64,000 nt of DNA from the IMG/VR virus record IMGVR_UViG_3300020162_001876, positions 46,999 to 110,998 of that record, one strand, 5' to 3'. Below, in pieces: positions 21,946 through 30,583 of the stretch. The notes under the pieces are model-generated. The model made no database searches. It was not told the origin of the DNA and saw only the letters and a list, made by a program, of their open reading frames with translations. Source of the stretch: a virus. The translations under genes and the position numbers were made by a program. The first letter of the stretch is position 1; each line of letters starts with the position of its first letter.

Positions 21946-22256
21946 TAAAGATATCTAAATTAAAATATGATGATAGAGAATCAGGTATAAACGATTTAAT
22001 AAATAAGGAAGTTATAGATAGTGACGGAGTGTTTGGTACAGGTATAAATGCTGTAGTAGAAGTTGGTAGAATACTATTATTAGATGGGGTTTGTGATGAT
22101 GAAGGAAACGAGGTTGAACCAACTCAATATTATGATGGGTACCACTTTGATGTAATGAGTGAAAGAGAAATAATATTTGAAAATGAAATACAAGTTAATA
22201 ACCCAAAACATATGTTTGCAGGATATGAAAATTATGACAATCAAATAAATGAATAA
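21942..22256 (+). CDS. fibre-associated small protein, paralog of ORF 12792
   Basis: KLKYDD, GYHFDVMS, NNPKHMF. Confidence 0.65.
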   Translation: MIKISKLKYDDRESGINDLINKEVIDSDGVFGTGINAVVEVGRILLLDGVCDDEGNEVEPTQYYDGYHFDVMSEREIIFENEIQVNNPKHMFAGYENYDNQINE

Positions 22257-22518
22257 AATGAAAAAGAAATTATATAATATATTACCAAAATTTATTACCA
22301 CTTTAAAACATGGTGATAAAATTGCACATACACTTTACGGAACCTTATTCTACTTAATATTATTATTTATAGTAGGGCCTCATATTTCCTTATTTCTTAC
22401 ATGGGCCCTAGCTGTCGGAGTAGAGATATATGATACAAAAACCCATAAAGGAGACATAGTAGACTTTTTATCTACAATAATTTTACCAACTCTAATATAT
22501 TTATTAACAAATCAATAA
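22249..22518 (+). CDS. small membrane protein
   Basis: DKIAH followed by hydrophobic helices. Confidence 0.55.
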   Translation: MNKMKKKLYNILPKFITTLKHGDKIAHTLYGTLFYLILLFIVGPHISLFLTWALAVGVEIYDTKTHKGDIVDFLSTIILPTLIYLLTNQ

Positions 22519-22527
22519 AATTATAAT

Positions 22528-23034
22528 ATGAGTACAATTAGTACATCCGGTATATCAGTCTCTCAAGTAATCCGAGCAGAACATTTATTAAGAATAATAG
22601 GAGCATTAAATGGTACTCTTAATAATACTATAATACTATCAGGTTCCCTTTCAGTAACGGGTTCAGCCACTTTTAATAGTGGTATAACCGGATCATTACA
22701 AGGTACAGCATCATTTGCTTTAACCTCTTCAATAACTACAGCGATAACAGGTAGTACAGGGTACATCCCGATGTTTACTGGAAGTAGAGCTTTAAAAAAT
22801 TCTAATATATATCAAGATAAGGACGGTAGAGTAGGTATAGGAATAAGTGAACCACAATCATGTGCTTCTTTAGAAATAAGTTCATATGACAGTAAAGCAG
22901 GATTGATACTACCAATAGTTGAAAGTACAGGATCTATTAATTTACCTGCTAGAGGGTTAATGGTATTTGATATAAGTGTAAAGAAAGTAGCAGTATATGA
23001 AAGCTCAACTTGGAAATACTTAGCATTTCAGTAA
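22528..23034 (+). CDS. short fibre-like virion protein
   Basis: SGS/TGS repeats, RVGIGISEP, GLILP..., GLMVFD. Confidence 0.55.
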   Translation: MSTISTSGISVSQVIRAEHLLRIIGALNGTLNNTIILSGSLSVTGSATFNSGITGSLQGTASFALTSSITTAITGSTGYIPMFTGSRALKNSNIYQDKDGRVGIGISEPQSCASLEISSYDSKAGLILPIVESTGSINLPARGLMVFDISVKKVAVYESSTWKYLAFQ

Positions 23035-23049
23035 TAAATAAATAACGTT

Positions 23050-23301
23050 ATGATAAAACCAACAAAATTAAAACAAGAAGAATTACAAGAGTTACAAGAT
23101 TTTCAACAAAAATCTGAATTTTTAATTTCACAACTAGGTCAATTACAATTTAAAAAATTGCAAATTGAAAAAGAAGAATTAATTTTAAAAAATTCTTTTG
23201 ACCATATTACTAAATTAGAAACTGAATTAAGTGAAAAACTTAAAACATTATATGGTGATGTTCAAATAGATTTAAAAACAGGTGAAATAATATATTCCTA
23301 A
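23050..23301 (+). CDS. small coiled-coil protein (possible fibre chaperone)
   Basis: 83 aa heptad-rich, ends YGDVQIDLKTGEI. Confidence 0.55.
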   Translation: MIKPTKLKQEELQELQDFQQKSEFLISQLGQLQFKKLQIEKEELILKNSFDHITKLETELSEKLKTLYGDVQIDLKTGEIIYS

Positions 23302-23370
23302 AATATAGGTTTTGAGCCCTTTTTTAATATTTATTATCAAATGATTAACAATAAAACTAAATAAATAAAA

Positions 23371-25464
23371 ATGGCTGAAACTTTATTATCTCCAGGTGTT
23401 CTAACTAGAGAAAATGACCAATCACAGATTACTCAAGGCCCTATTACTGCGGGTGCAGCTATAATAGGACCTACAGTATCAGGTCCTGTTAGAATTCCAA
23501 CTTTAGTTACTTCTTATAGTGACTATTTAAATAAATTCGGTGGGTCTTTCATCAGTGGTGGAACATCCTACGAATACTTAACATCAATCTCTACTTATAA
23601 TTATTTCCAACAAGGTGGAACTACTTTATTAGTAACTAGAGCAGTAAGTGGTACATTCTTACCTGCTACCTCTAGTGCTACAAATAATATAGCTTCTATA
23701 GTTGGAGGATTCGCATCTGCTTCTTTTGTAACACAATCTTCTTCAACAGCTTCATGGAATCAAATTTTAATTACTACTAATACAGCATTTGGTGATGTAA
23801 GATATACTATTTATAATTATCCTTACTATAGTACTGGTTCTTATTTTTATGATAATACTATTAATACTTTATATGTTGGAGTAGGTAATGGGAATTTTGA
23901 TGGAATTAATGCTATAACTTCTACTTCTCAGTGGGCTACATTATTAACTAATGCAGTAAATGCTTCAGGTTCATCTGGAAATGCTCTTTCAAATCTAGTA
24001 TCAGCTTCAATATCAGGTAGTAGTATTAGATTCACAGCAGATAATGCAGGAACAATTTATAATAATTTAGCTTTAACTAGTAGTTTTGGATACGGAACTC
24101 CAGTAACATCTAGTTTTAGAGGTGGTACTGATTCAACCCCAAATACAGTATTTGTACTAGAAACATTATCTCAAGGTGCTATTAATAATAGTTTTAGTAC
24201 TGAAGGAACTAATAATACTTTACTATCAGGTTCAAATAATAACATTAGATATGAATTATTAAATGTTAGTACAGGAAGTGGTACATTTGATTTATTAATT
24301 AGAAGAGGTAACGATAATATTAATTCTAAAGTAGTATTAGAACAATGGACTGGATTATCATTAGATCCTAACCAGCCAAATTATATTGAAGCAGTAATTG
24401 GTAATCAATCAACAACTACTGATAATGGATATACACAAGTAACTGGTGACTACACTAACAAATCAAGATATGTAAGAGTAAAATCAGTAGCTTACACCAC
24501 TCCAAATTACTTTGATAATAATGGTACACCAGTATCTTCTTATACAGCATCTTTACCAATAGCTCAAAGTGGTTCATTCGGCGGAGCTTTAGGAGTTAAT
24601 TGTGCAGTTTACGGTTTATCAAACTCAGATTATACTTCATCAATTACTTTATTAAGCAACCCAGATGAATATAAATTTAACATAATCACTACTCCAGGTA
24701 TCACAGCTACAACAGGAAACGCCGTTATTACTTCATTAACTAATATGGCTTCTGATAGAGGAGATTGTATAGCAATTGTTGATATGTCTGCTTTTGGAAA
24801 CAATATAGCTACAGTAATTAATAATGCAACATCAGTTGATAGTTCATATGCAGCGACTTATTACCCATGGGTTCAAATTAGTGCTCCTAATACAGGAAAA
24901 TTAACATGGGTTCCACCATCAACAATCATACCAAGTGTTTATGCTTATAATGATAGAATAGGTGCTCCATGGTTTGCTCCTGCAGGATTTACAAGAGGTG
25001 GGTTAAGTGTTATTCAAGCTGAAAGAAAATTATCTCCATCTGATAGAGATGCTTTATATGCTGGTAAAATTAATTCATTAGCTACATTCCCTGGACAAGG
25101 TGTAGTAGCGTATGGTCAGAAAACTCTACAGAAAAAAGCATCAGCTTTAGATAGAATTAATGTTAGAAGATTATTAATTGAATTAAAATCTTATATTGGA
25201 CAAATAGCTGATGGATTAGTGTTTGAACAAAATACAGCTGCTACAAGAAATAGATTCTTAAGACAAGTAAATCCATACTTAGATTCAATTCAACAAAGAC
25301 AAGGTGTGTATGCTTATAAAGTAGTAATGGATGAATCAAATAATACAGCTGATGTAATTGATAGAAATCAATTATTAGGTCAAATTTTTATTCAACCTAC
25401 TAGAACTGCTGAGTTTATTATATTAGACTTTAATGTTACACCAACCGGTGCAACTTTCGCGTAA
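23371..25464 (+). CDS. tail sheath protein (gp18-like)
   Basis: LLSPGVLTREND, PWFAPAGFTRG, DRINVRRLL, QPTRTAEFI. Confidence 0.95.
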   Translation: MAETLLSPGVLTRENDQSQITQGPITAGAAIIGPTVSGPVRIPTLVTSYSDYLNKFGGSFISGGTSYEYLTSISTYNYFQQGGTTLLVTRAVSGTFLPATSSATNNIASIVGGFASASFVTQSSSTASWNQILITTNTAFGDVRYTIYNYPYYSTGSYFYDNTINTLYVGVGNGNFDGINAITSTSQWATLLTNAVNASGSSGNALSNLVSASISGSSIRFTADNAGTIYNNLALTSSFGYGTPVTSSFRGGTDSTPNTVFVLETLSQGAINNSFSTEGTNNTLLSGSNNNIRYELLNVSTGSGTFDLLIRRGNDNINSKVVLEQWTGLSLDPNQPNYIEAVIGNQSTTTDNGYTQVTGDYTNKSRYVRVKSVAYTTPNYFDNNGTPVSSYTASLPIAQSGSFGGALGVNCAVYGLSNSDYTSSITLLSNPDEYKFNIITTPGITATTGNAVITSLTNMASDRGDCIAIVDMSAFGNNIATVINNATSVDSSYAATYYPWVQISAPNTGKLTWVPPSTIIPSVYAYNDRIGAPWFAPAGFTRGGLSVIQAERKLSPSDRDALYAGKINSLATFPGQGVVAYGQKTLQKKASALDRINVRRLLIELKSYIGQIADGLVFEQNTAATRNRFLRQVNPYLDSIQQRQGVYAYKVVMDESNNTADVIDRNQLLGQIFIQPTRTAEFIILDFNVTPTGATFA

Positions 25465-25504
25465 GGATAGATTCGTTTAATATTTATAATAAAATAAAAA
25501 CAAC

Positions 25505-25993
25505 ATGGCAGTATTAAACCCTAACGAAATAATGTTCACTGCATTTGAACCTAAAGTATCAAATAGATTCATAATGTATATTGATGGAATTCCAGCTTAT
25601 ATGATTAAAAAAGCTTCAGCTCCAGGATTCGATGCAGGTGAAATCACACTAGATCACATAAATGTTTACCGTAAAATAAAAGGTAAAATTAAATGGAATG
25701 ATGTTAATATCTCATTATATGATCCAATTGCTCCAGCAGGATCACAAGCTGTAATGGAGTGGATGCGTCTATCTCACGAATCTGTAACGGGTAGAGATGG
25801 ATACTCAGATTTCTATAAAAAAGACTTAACATTTAATGTTTTAGGTCCTGTAGGTGATGTAGTTGGTGAATGGATTATAAAAGGTGCATTTGTTAAAACC
25901 GCAACATTTGGGGATTATGATTGGTCTCAAGGAGAAACAGCAATTGAAATCAATTGTACTTTAGCAATGGATTATTGTATCTTAAACTTCTAA
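25505..25993 (+). CDS. tail tube protein (gp19-like)
   Basis: Follows sheath; FEPKVSNRF, W.D..ISLYDPI, YKKD, GAF. Confidence 0.9.
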   Translation: MAVLNPNEIMFTAFEPKVSNRFIMYIDGIPAYMIKKASAPGFDAGEITLDHINVYRKIKGKIKWNDVNISLYDPIAPAGSQAVMEWMRLSHESVTGRDGYSDFYKKDLTFNVLGPVGDVVGEWIIKGAFVKTATFGDYDWSQGETAIEINCTLAMDYCILNF

Positions 25994-26015
25994 TTAAGAA
26001 AAATAAAAAGAAAAG

Positions 26016-26043
26016 AGCTCACATTTATTTGTGAGCTTTTTTT
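26016..26043 (+). terminator. intrinsic terminator
   Basis: AGCTCACA-tttatt-TGTGAGCT plus T run. Confidence 0.8.
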
Positions 26044-26080
26044 ATTTTACTATATTTATATATAAACACAAATAAAATTT

Positions 26081-26827
26081 ATGGAAAACCAAGTTACAAA
26101 ACCAAAATTCCCTACAGAAATTGTAGAACTTCCTTCAAAGGGTCTTTTATATGATAAAGATAATCCTCTTTCAAGTGGTCAAATTGAAATGAAATATATG
26201 ACTGCTAGAGAAGAAGATATTTTAACTAACTCAAATTATATCCAACAAGGTATTGTTTTAGATAAATTATTAGAATCACTTATTGTTTCTAAAGTAGATT
26301 TAAAAGATATTATTATTGGAGATAAAAACGCAATTTTAATTGCTTCTCGTATCTTGGGATATGGGCAAGAATATGAGTTTGAATCTGGAGGTAAACATTA
26401 TAAAGTAGATTTAACAACTTTAAAAGATAAAGAATTACCTAAAGATGTAGACTATACTAAAAGTAATCAATTTTATTATACCTTACCAGCATCAGGTGTT
26501 GAAGTAGGTTATAAAATTTTAACTCATGGTGATGAATTAGCTATAGAAGCTGAATTAAAAGGATTAAAGAAAATTTATCCTAATGGTGGTTTACCTGAAG
26601 TTTCTACTCGTTTAAAATATATTGTTAATACTATTAATGGAAATACTGATAGAAAAGTAGTTAGAGAATTTATTGATAATGAATTATTAGCTAGAGACGC
26701 AAGATCATTACGTCAAGAAATCAAAAGAGTATCACCAGATATTGATTTAACTATTCAAGGTGATGGCGGGGAGGACATCACAGTACCTATTAGTCTTAAC
26801 TTTTTTTGGCCTGACTACGAGTTATAG
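26081..26827 (+). CDS. tail/baseplate-hub assembly chaperone (gp26-like)
   Basis: VELPSKG, MTAREEDIL, GDKNAILIASR, C-terminal FFWP. Confidence 0.75.
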   Translation: MENQVTKPKFPTEIVELPSKGLLYDKDNPLSSGQIEMKYMTAREEDILTNSNYIQQGIVLDKLLESLIVSKVDLKDIIIGDKNAILIASRILGYGQEYEFESGGKHYKVDLTTLKDKELPKDVDYTKSNQFYYTLPASGVEVGYKILTHGDELAIEAELKGLKKIYPNGGLPEVSTRLKYIVNTINGNTDRKVVREFIDNELLARDARSLRQEIKRVSPDIDLTIQGDGGEDITVPISLNFFWPDYEL

Positions 26828-26846
26828 AATAAATTTATTTTCTCAA

Positions 26847-27080
26847 ATGAATGAAATAGTATTTCATGGTAAAGGAGGGTATACTTGGGATACAGTTTAT
26901 AATTGGCCTATTTGGCTTCGAAATTTTACCTTTAAAAAATTAAAAGAATGGTATGATAAAGAACAAGCACAAGCCGAAGCCCAAAATAATCAATTAACAA
27001 ATAATAATGTAGCTGAAGTAGCTAGACCTAATATTCTTCCAACAAGTACATATAATGCAACAGTGCCTACCAAAAAGTAG
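26847..27080 (+). CDS. second tail assembly chaperone segment, possibly a frameshift extension of the upstream gene
   Basis: GGYTWDTVYNWPIWLR; frame is open from 26760 across the T7 run at 26801-26807. Confidence 0.6.
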   Translation: MNEIVFHGKGGYTWDTVYNWPIWLRNFTFKKLKEWYDKEQAQAEAQNNQLTNNNVAEVARPNILPTSTYNATVPTKK

Positions 27081-27087
27081 GCACTTT
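27064..27087 (+). terminator. terminator, copy 1 of duplicated 24-bp element
   Basis: GTGCCTAC-caaaaa-GTAGGCAC-TTTTT. Confidence 0.75.
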
Positions 27088-27121
27088 TTATCTATTCAAT
27101 ATTTATATTAAAATTAAAATA

Positions 27122-27823
27122 ATGATATATTTAAAAGAAATAATTAAAGAAATTCTTATACAAGAGTTTACTCAAACTGATTTTAATAAAGCAAAAACCT
27201 GGGATGAAATTGTAAACTTATTTTCTCAATATAAAAGAGATTTAACCCCTTTTACTAAATATAAAGAAGAACATTCATTTTTAGGAAGCGGAAAAAACGG
27301 AAAAGTATTTAAAATAGAAAACTCAGATAAAGTTATTAAAATTACTAAAAATATATATGATATTTATATAGCTGATGATTTATTAGGAACCTCATATAAA
27401 CATTTACCTAAAATTTATAACGTAGTTGGATATGAAGAAGGAGTAAAAAACCCTTATTCTAAAAGAAGCAAATACGCAGGTGTTATAGTAATGGAATATT
27501 TAAATGAACTTCCAAAAGACTTATTCAAATTATTTTTAATGATGTTCCCTAATTATAATAAAAAAGGATTTTGGATGACAGATTTTTTAGATGGTATTTT
27601 AGATAGTAATGAAATAGGACAGTTATTAATAGAACTAGACCCTACAATTGAATCTACTATTAAAAAATATGATTTTTTAAATCAATTAGAAGGAATAAAA
27701 AATGATTTAAATCAAGCATTTGATTTAGAAGAAATAAGTGACCAACTAGACCCAACTCCAGGTAATTTCTTAATGAGAGGAAATACAATAGTATTTACTG
27801 ATATAGTACAATCTGATAATTAA
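27122..27823 (+). CDS. protein kinase-like protein
   Basis: Gly loop LGSGKNGKVF, VIK lysine, IVMEYL hinge, DPTPGN catalytic loop, FTD. Confidence 0.75.
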   Translation: MIYLKEIIKEILIQEFTQTDFNKAKTWDEIVNLFSQYKRDLTPFTKYKEEHSFLGSGKNGKVFKIENSDKVIKITKNIYDIYIADDLLGTSYKHLPKIYNVVGYEEGVKNPYSKRSKYAGVIVMEYLNELPKDLFKLFLMMFPNYNKKGFWMTDFLDGILDSNEIGQLLIELDPTIESTIKKYDFLNQLEGIKNDLNQAFDLEEISDQLDPTPGNFLMRGNTIVFTDIVQSDN

Positions 27824-27849
27824 AATTTAATTTTATTTTAATATAATAA

Positions 27850-27873
27850 TGCCTACTAAAAAGTAGGCACTTT
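27850..27873 (+). terminator. terminator, copy 2 of duplicated 24-bp element
   Basis: TGCCTAC-taaaaa-GTAGGCA-CTTT, 1 mismatch to copy 1. Confidence 0.7.
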
Positions 27874-27901
27874 CTATATTTATACTATATACTAAGTTAT
27901 T

Positions 27902-30253
27902 ATGGCTACAACACCTAATCAAAATTCACTAGAACAAGACTTAATTGACTTATTAAATCGTCGTAGGGGAATTGAAGAAGCAAGTCTAGATGATGCTAGG
28001 GATTTGGCTAATATTTTACAATCTCAAACTAAAGAAATTAAATTTCAAATAATAGAAAGAAATCAACTTCGTTCTATAGGGAGAGATATAGTTAAAATAT
28101 CAACAGAAGCCTATACTATTCAAGATAAAGAATTAGGTACTACTAAAAGTTTAACAGATTTAGCTAAACAAAGACAAGCTTTAGAAAAAAATATTTTACT
28201 TTTATCTTCTTTAAAAAACAAAAATTACTCCAGTGACGCTAAAATCAACCAGGATATAAAAAATTCCATCCAGGAACAAATTGAAGTCGCTATTAAGTTA
28301 AAACAAGAAATAGAAGGTATTGAAAAACTTTCTGAAAGTATATATAATAATTTTGGAGTTAAAACCTTTGGAGCTCTATCAGATATAGCAAAAGCTATAC
28401 CTGGATTAAAAAGATTCTCAGAACCCTTTAATGCCGCAGCGGAAGCCTCAAGAAAAGCAGCAGTTCTTAGTAAAGAATATATTAAAAATGAAAATTTAAA
28501 ATTAGCGGCAGCTACTAAAGGTAATGGATTAGATAGAGATAGAATTAAGCAATTAGGTTTAGAAAATGAATTACTAGATCGTAATGGCAATGCTATTCAA
28601 GGATCCGCAGCTGCCATGAAAGCCCAAGCGTTAATAAATAAAGATTTAGCTAAACCCCAAAATTCCTTTTTAGCTGGTGTTAAATCATTAGGTCCTGCTC
28701 TAACCAAAGCGTTTGGGCCTATGTTTATATTACTTGAAGTCTTTAATGCTTTTAAAGGGATAGATAAAGCTATAGGTGATACTGCTAAACAATTAGGTAT
28801 TTCTTATGAATCATCTGCTAAATTAAGTAGAGAATTTAACTCTATAGCTAATAATAGTAATAATGTATTTGTTACTACTAAAGGGCTACATGAGTCATTT
28901 AATCAAATAAATGCTGCTTTAGGCACTAACTCAGTTTTAAATGAAGAATTATTATTAACTCAAACTGAACTTACCAAACAAGCTGGTTATAGTGTTGAAG
29001 CTGCTACTCAAATTTCTAAATTATCTTTAGCTACAGGAAAGCCTGCTAAAGAAATCACTACAGCTTTTTTAGGACAAGCTAAAGCTTTAAATTTAACTAA
29101 CAAAACTGCTATTAATGAAAAATCATTATTAGAAAGTATAGCTAAAACTTCAAAAGCCACTTTAATTACATTTGCCGCTCAACCTGGTAAATTAGCTGAA
29201 GCGGCATATGAAGCTAAAAGGGTAGGATTAGAATTAGAGTCAATAAAAGGAATACAAGATTCATTACTTAATATTGAATCCTCAATTGCCTCTGAATTTG
29301 AAGCAGAAGTAATAACTGGTAAACAATTAAATTTAGAAAGAGCAAGATATTATGCTTTAACTAATAATATAGCAGGAGTAGCAAAAGAATTAGGAAATCA
29401 AGGTATTGACCAAAATAGATTTGCTAAAATGAACCTTCTACAACAAGAATCTATAGCTAAAGCTATGGGTATGAGTAGAGATCAAATGGCAGAAATGTTA
29501 ATGGATCAAACTGCTATGAGTAGATTATCACAAGTTGATGGAAATACTGCTAAAGAAAAATTTGATAACTTAGTAAAACAAGTTGGGTTAGAAGAAGCTA
29601 AAAAACAATTAGGAGATGAAACTTTAGCCCAACAAATGGCATCTGCTTCTATCCAAGACAGATTCTTAGCATCTGTTGAAAAATTAAAAGAAGTATTTGT
29701 AACTTTAGCTGAACCTTTAATACCTGTAGTAAGTGCATTTGCAAACGCTTTTGCTTACCTAGCAAAAATGCCAGGATTATTAACTACTATATCAGTTTTA
29801 TTAGCTGGAATGGCAGCACGAAGTATAGCTACAGCTATAGCTAGTATATTCACTAGTAGCGCTATGTTAGGTCCTATAGGAATAGCTGCAGGAATAGCAG
29901 GATCTATAGGAATGATGGCTATGATAGCAAAAAGTGAATCAGCGGTTCCTGTAGGAGATATCAATTCCCCAGCTAGTGGCAAAACTCAGGTTTCTACTAA
30001 AGAAGGAGGATTATTTAATTTAAGTGAAAATGATGATTTAGTAGCATTTCCAGGAGCATCTCAAATGATGAGACAACCCAAAACTGTAGTGGTTAATAAT
30101 TCTCAATCTCCTATGATTGATTATGAAAAATTGGGAATGCATGTTGCTAAAGCTGTAACAGCTAATCCCATCCAAGCTGTAGCTAATATAGATGGAGTTA
30201 GTATAACAAGGGAAATGCAAACCCCAATGGGAATAACTACACGCAAAATATAA
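27902..30253 (+). CDS. tape measure protein
   Basis: Long Ala/Leu-rich helical protein after tube and chaperones, LLNIESSIASEFEAEVITGKQLNLERAR, hydrophobic C-terminal part. Confidence 0.8.
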   Translation: MATTPNQNSLEQDLIDLLNRRRGIEEASLDDARDLANILQSQTKEIKFQIIERNQLRSIGRDIVKISTEAYTIQDKELGTTKSLTDLAKQRQALEKNILLLSSLKNKNYSSDAKINQDIKNSIQEQIEVAIKLKQEIEGIEKLSESIYNNFGVKTFGALSDIAKAIPGLKRFSEPFNAAAEASRKAAVLSKEYIKNENLKLAAATKGNGLDRDRIKQLGLENELLDRNGNAIQGSAAAMKAQALINKDLAKPQNSFLAGVKSLGPALTKAFGPMFILLEVFNAFKGIDKAIGDTAKQLGISYESSAKLSREFNSIANNSNNVFVTTKGLHESFNQINAALGTNSVLNEELLLTQTELTKQAGYSVEAATQISKLSLATGKPAKEITTAFLGQAKALNLTNKTAINEKSLLESIAKTSKATLITFAAQPGKLAEAAYEAKRVGLELESIKGIQDSLLNIESSIASEFEAEVITGKQLNLERARYYALTNNIAGVAKELGNQGIDQNRFAKMNLLQQESIAKAMGMSRDQMAEMLMDQTAMSRLSQVDGNTAKEKFDNLVKQVGLEEAKKQLGDETLAQQMASASIQDRFLASVEKLKEVFVTLAEPLIPVVSAFANAFAYLAKMPGLLTTISVLLAGMAARSIATAIASIFTSSAMLGPIGIAAGIAGSIGMMAMIAKSESAVPVGDINSPASGKTQVSTKEGGLFNLSENDDLVAFPGASQMMRQPKTVVVNNSQSPMIDYEKLGMHVAKAVTANPIQAVANIDGVSITREMQTPMGITTRKI

Positions 30254-30291
30254 CTTTACAATATTTATTATAAACAATAAAATATAACACA

Positions 30292-30579
30292 ATGGGATTA
30301 TTAACATTATTAAACTCAGGAGTAAGTAATTTAGGATATGATGGAACACCTGTTCCTTCAACTATAAATAACAACCCTCCAGGATTTACTCGTCATAATT
30401 TATTTTCTACTAATGGTCAACCTAACGTAGCATCTAATATTATAGTTGGAGGAGTGACAGGATTACAGGCACCTCCTGTAACTTATATTCCTTCAAATTT
30501 AGAAGAAAGAGATCCATTAAATACTAGCATTTACAGAAATGCTCCAGGACAAGGATACCTAGACAACTTACCAGGATAA
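30292..30579 (+). CDS. hypothetical tail/baseplate-region protein
   Basis: 95 aa, ATATTTAT upstream, ends YLDNLPG. Confidence 0.5.
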   Translation: MGLLTLLNSGVSNLGYDGTPVPSTINNNPPGFTRHNLFSTNGQPNVASNIIVGGVTGLQAPPVTYIPSNLEERDPLNTSIYRNAPGQGYLDNLPG

Positions 30580-30583
30580 TTAA

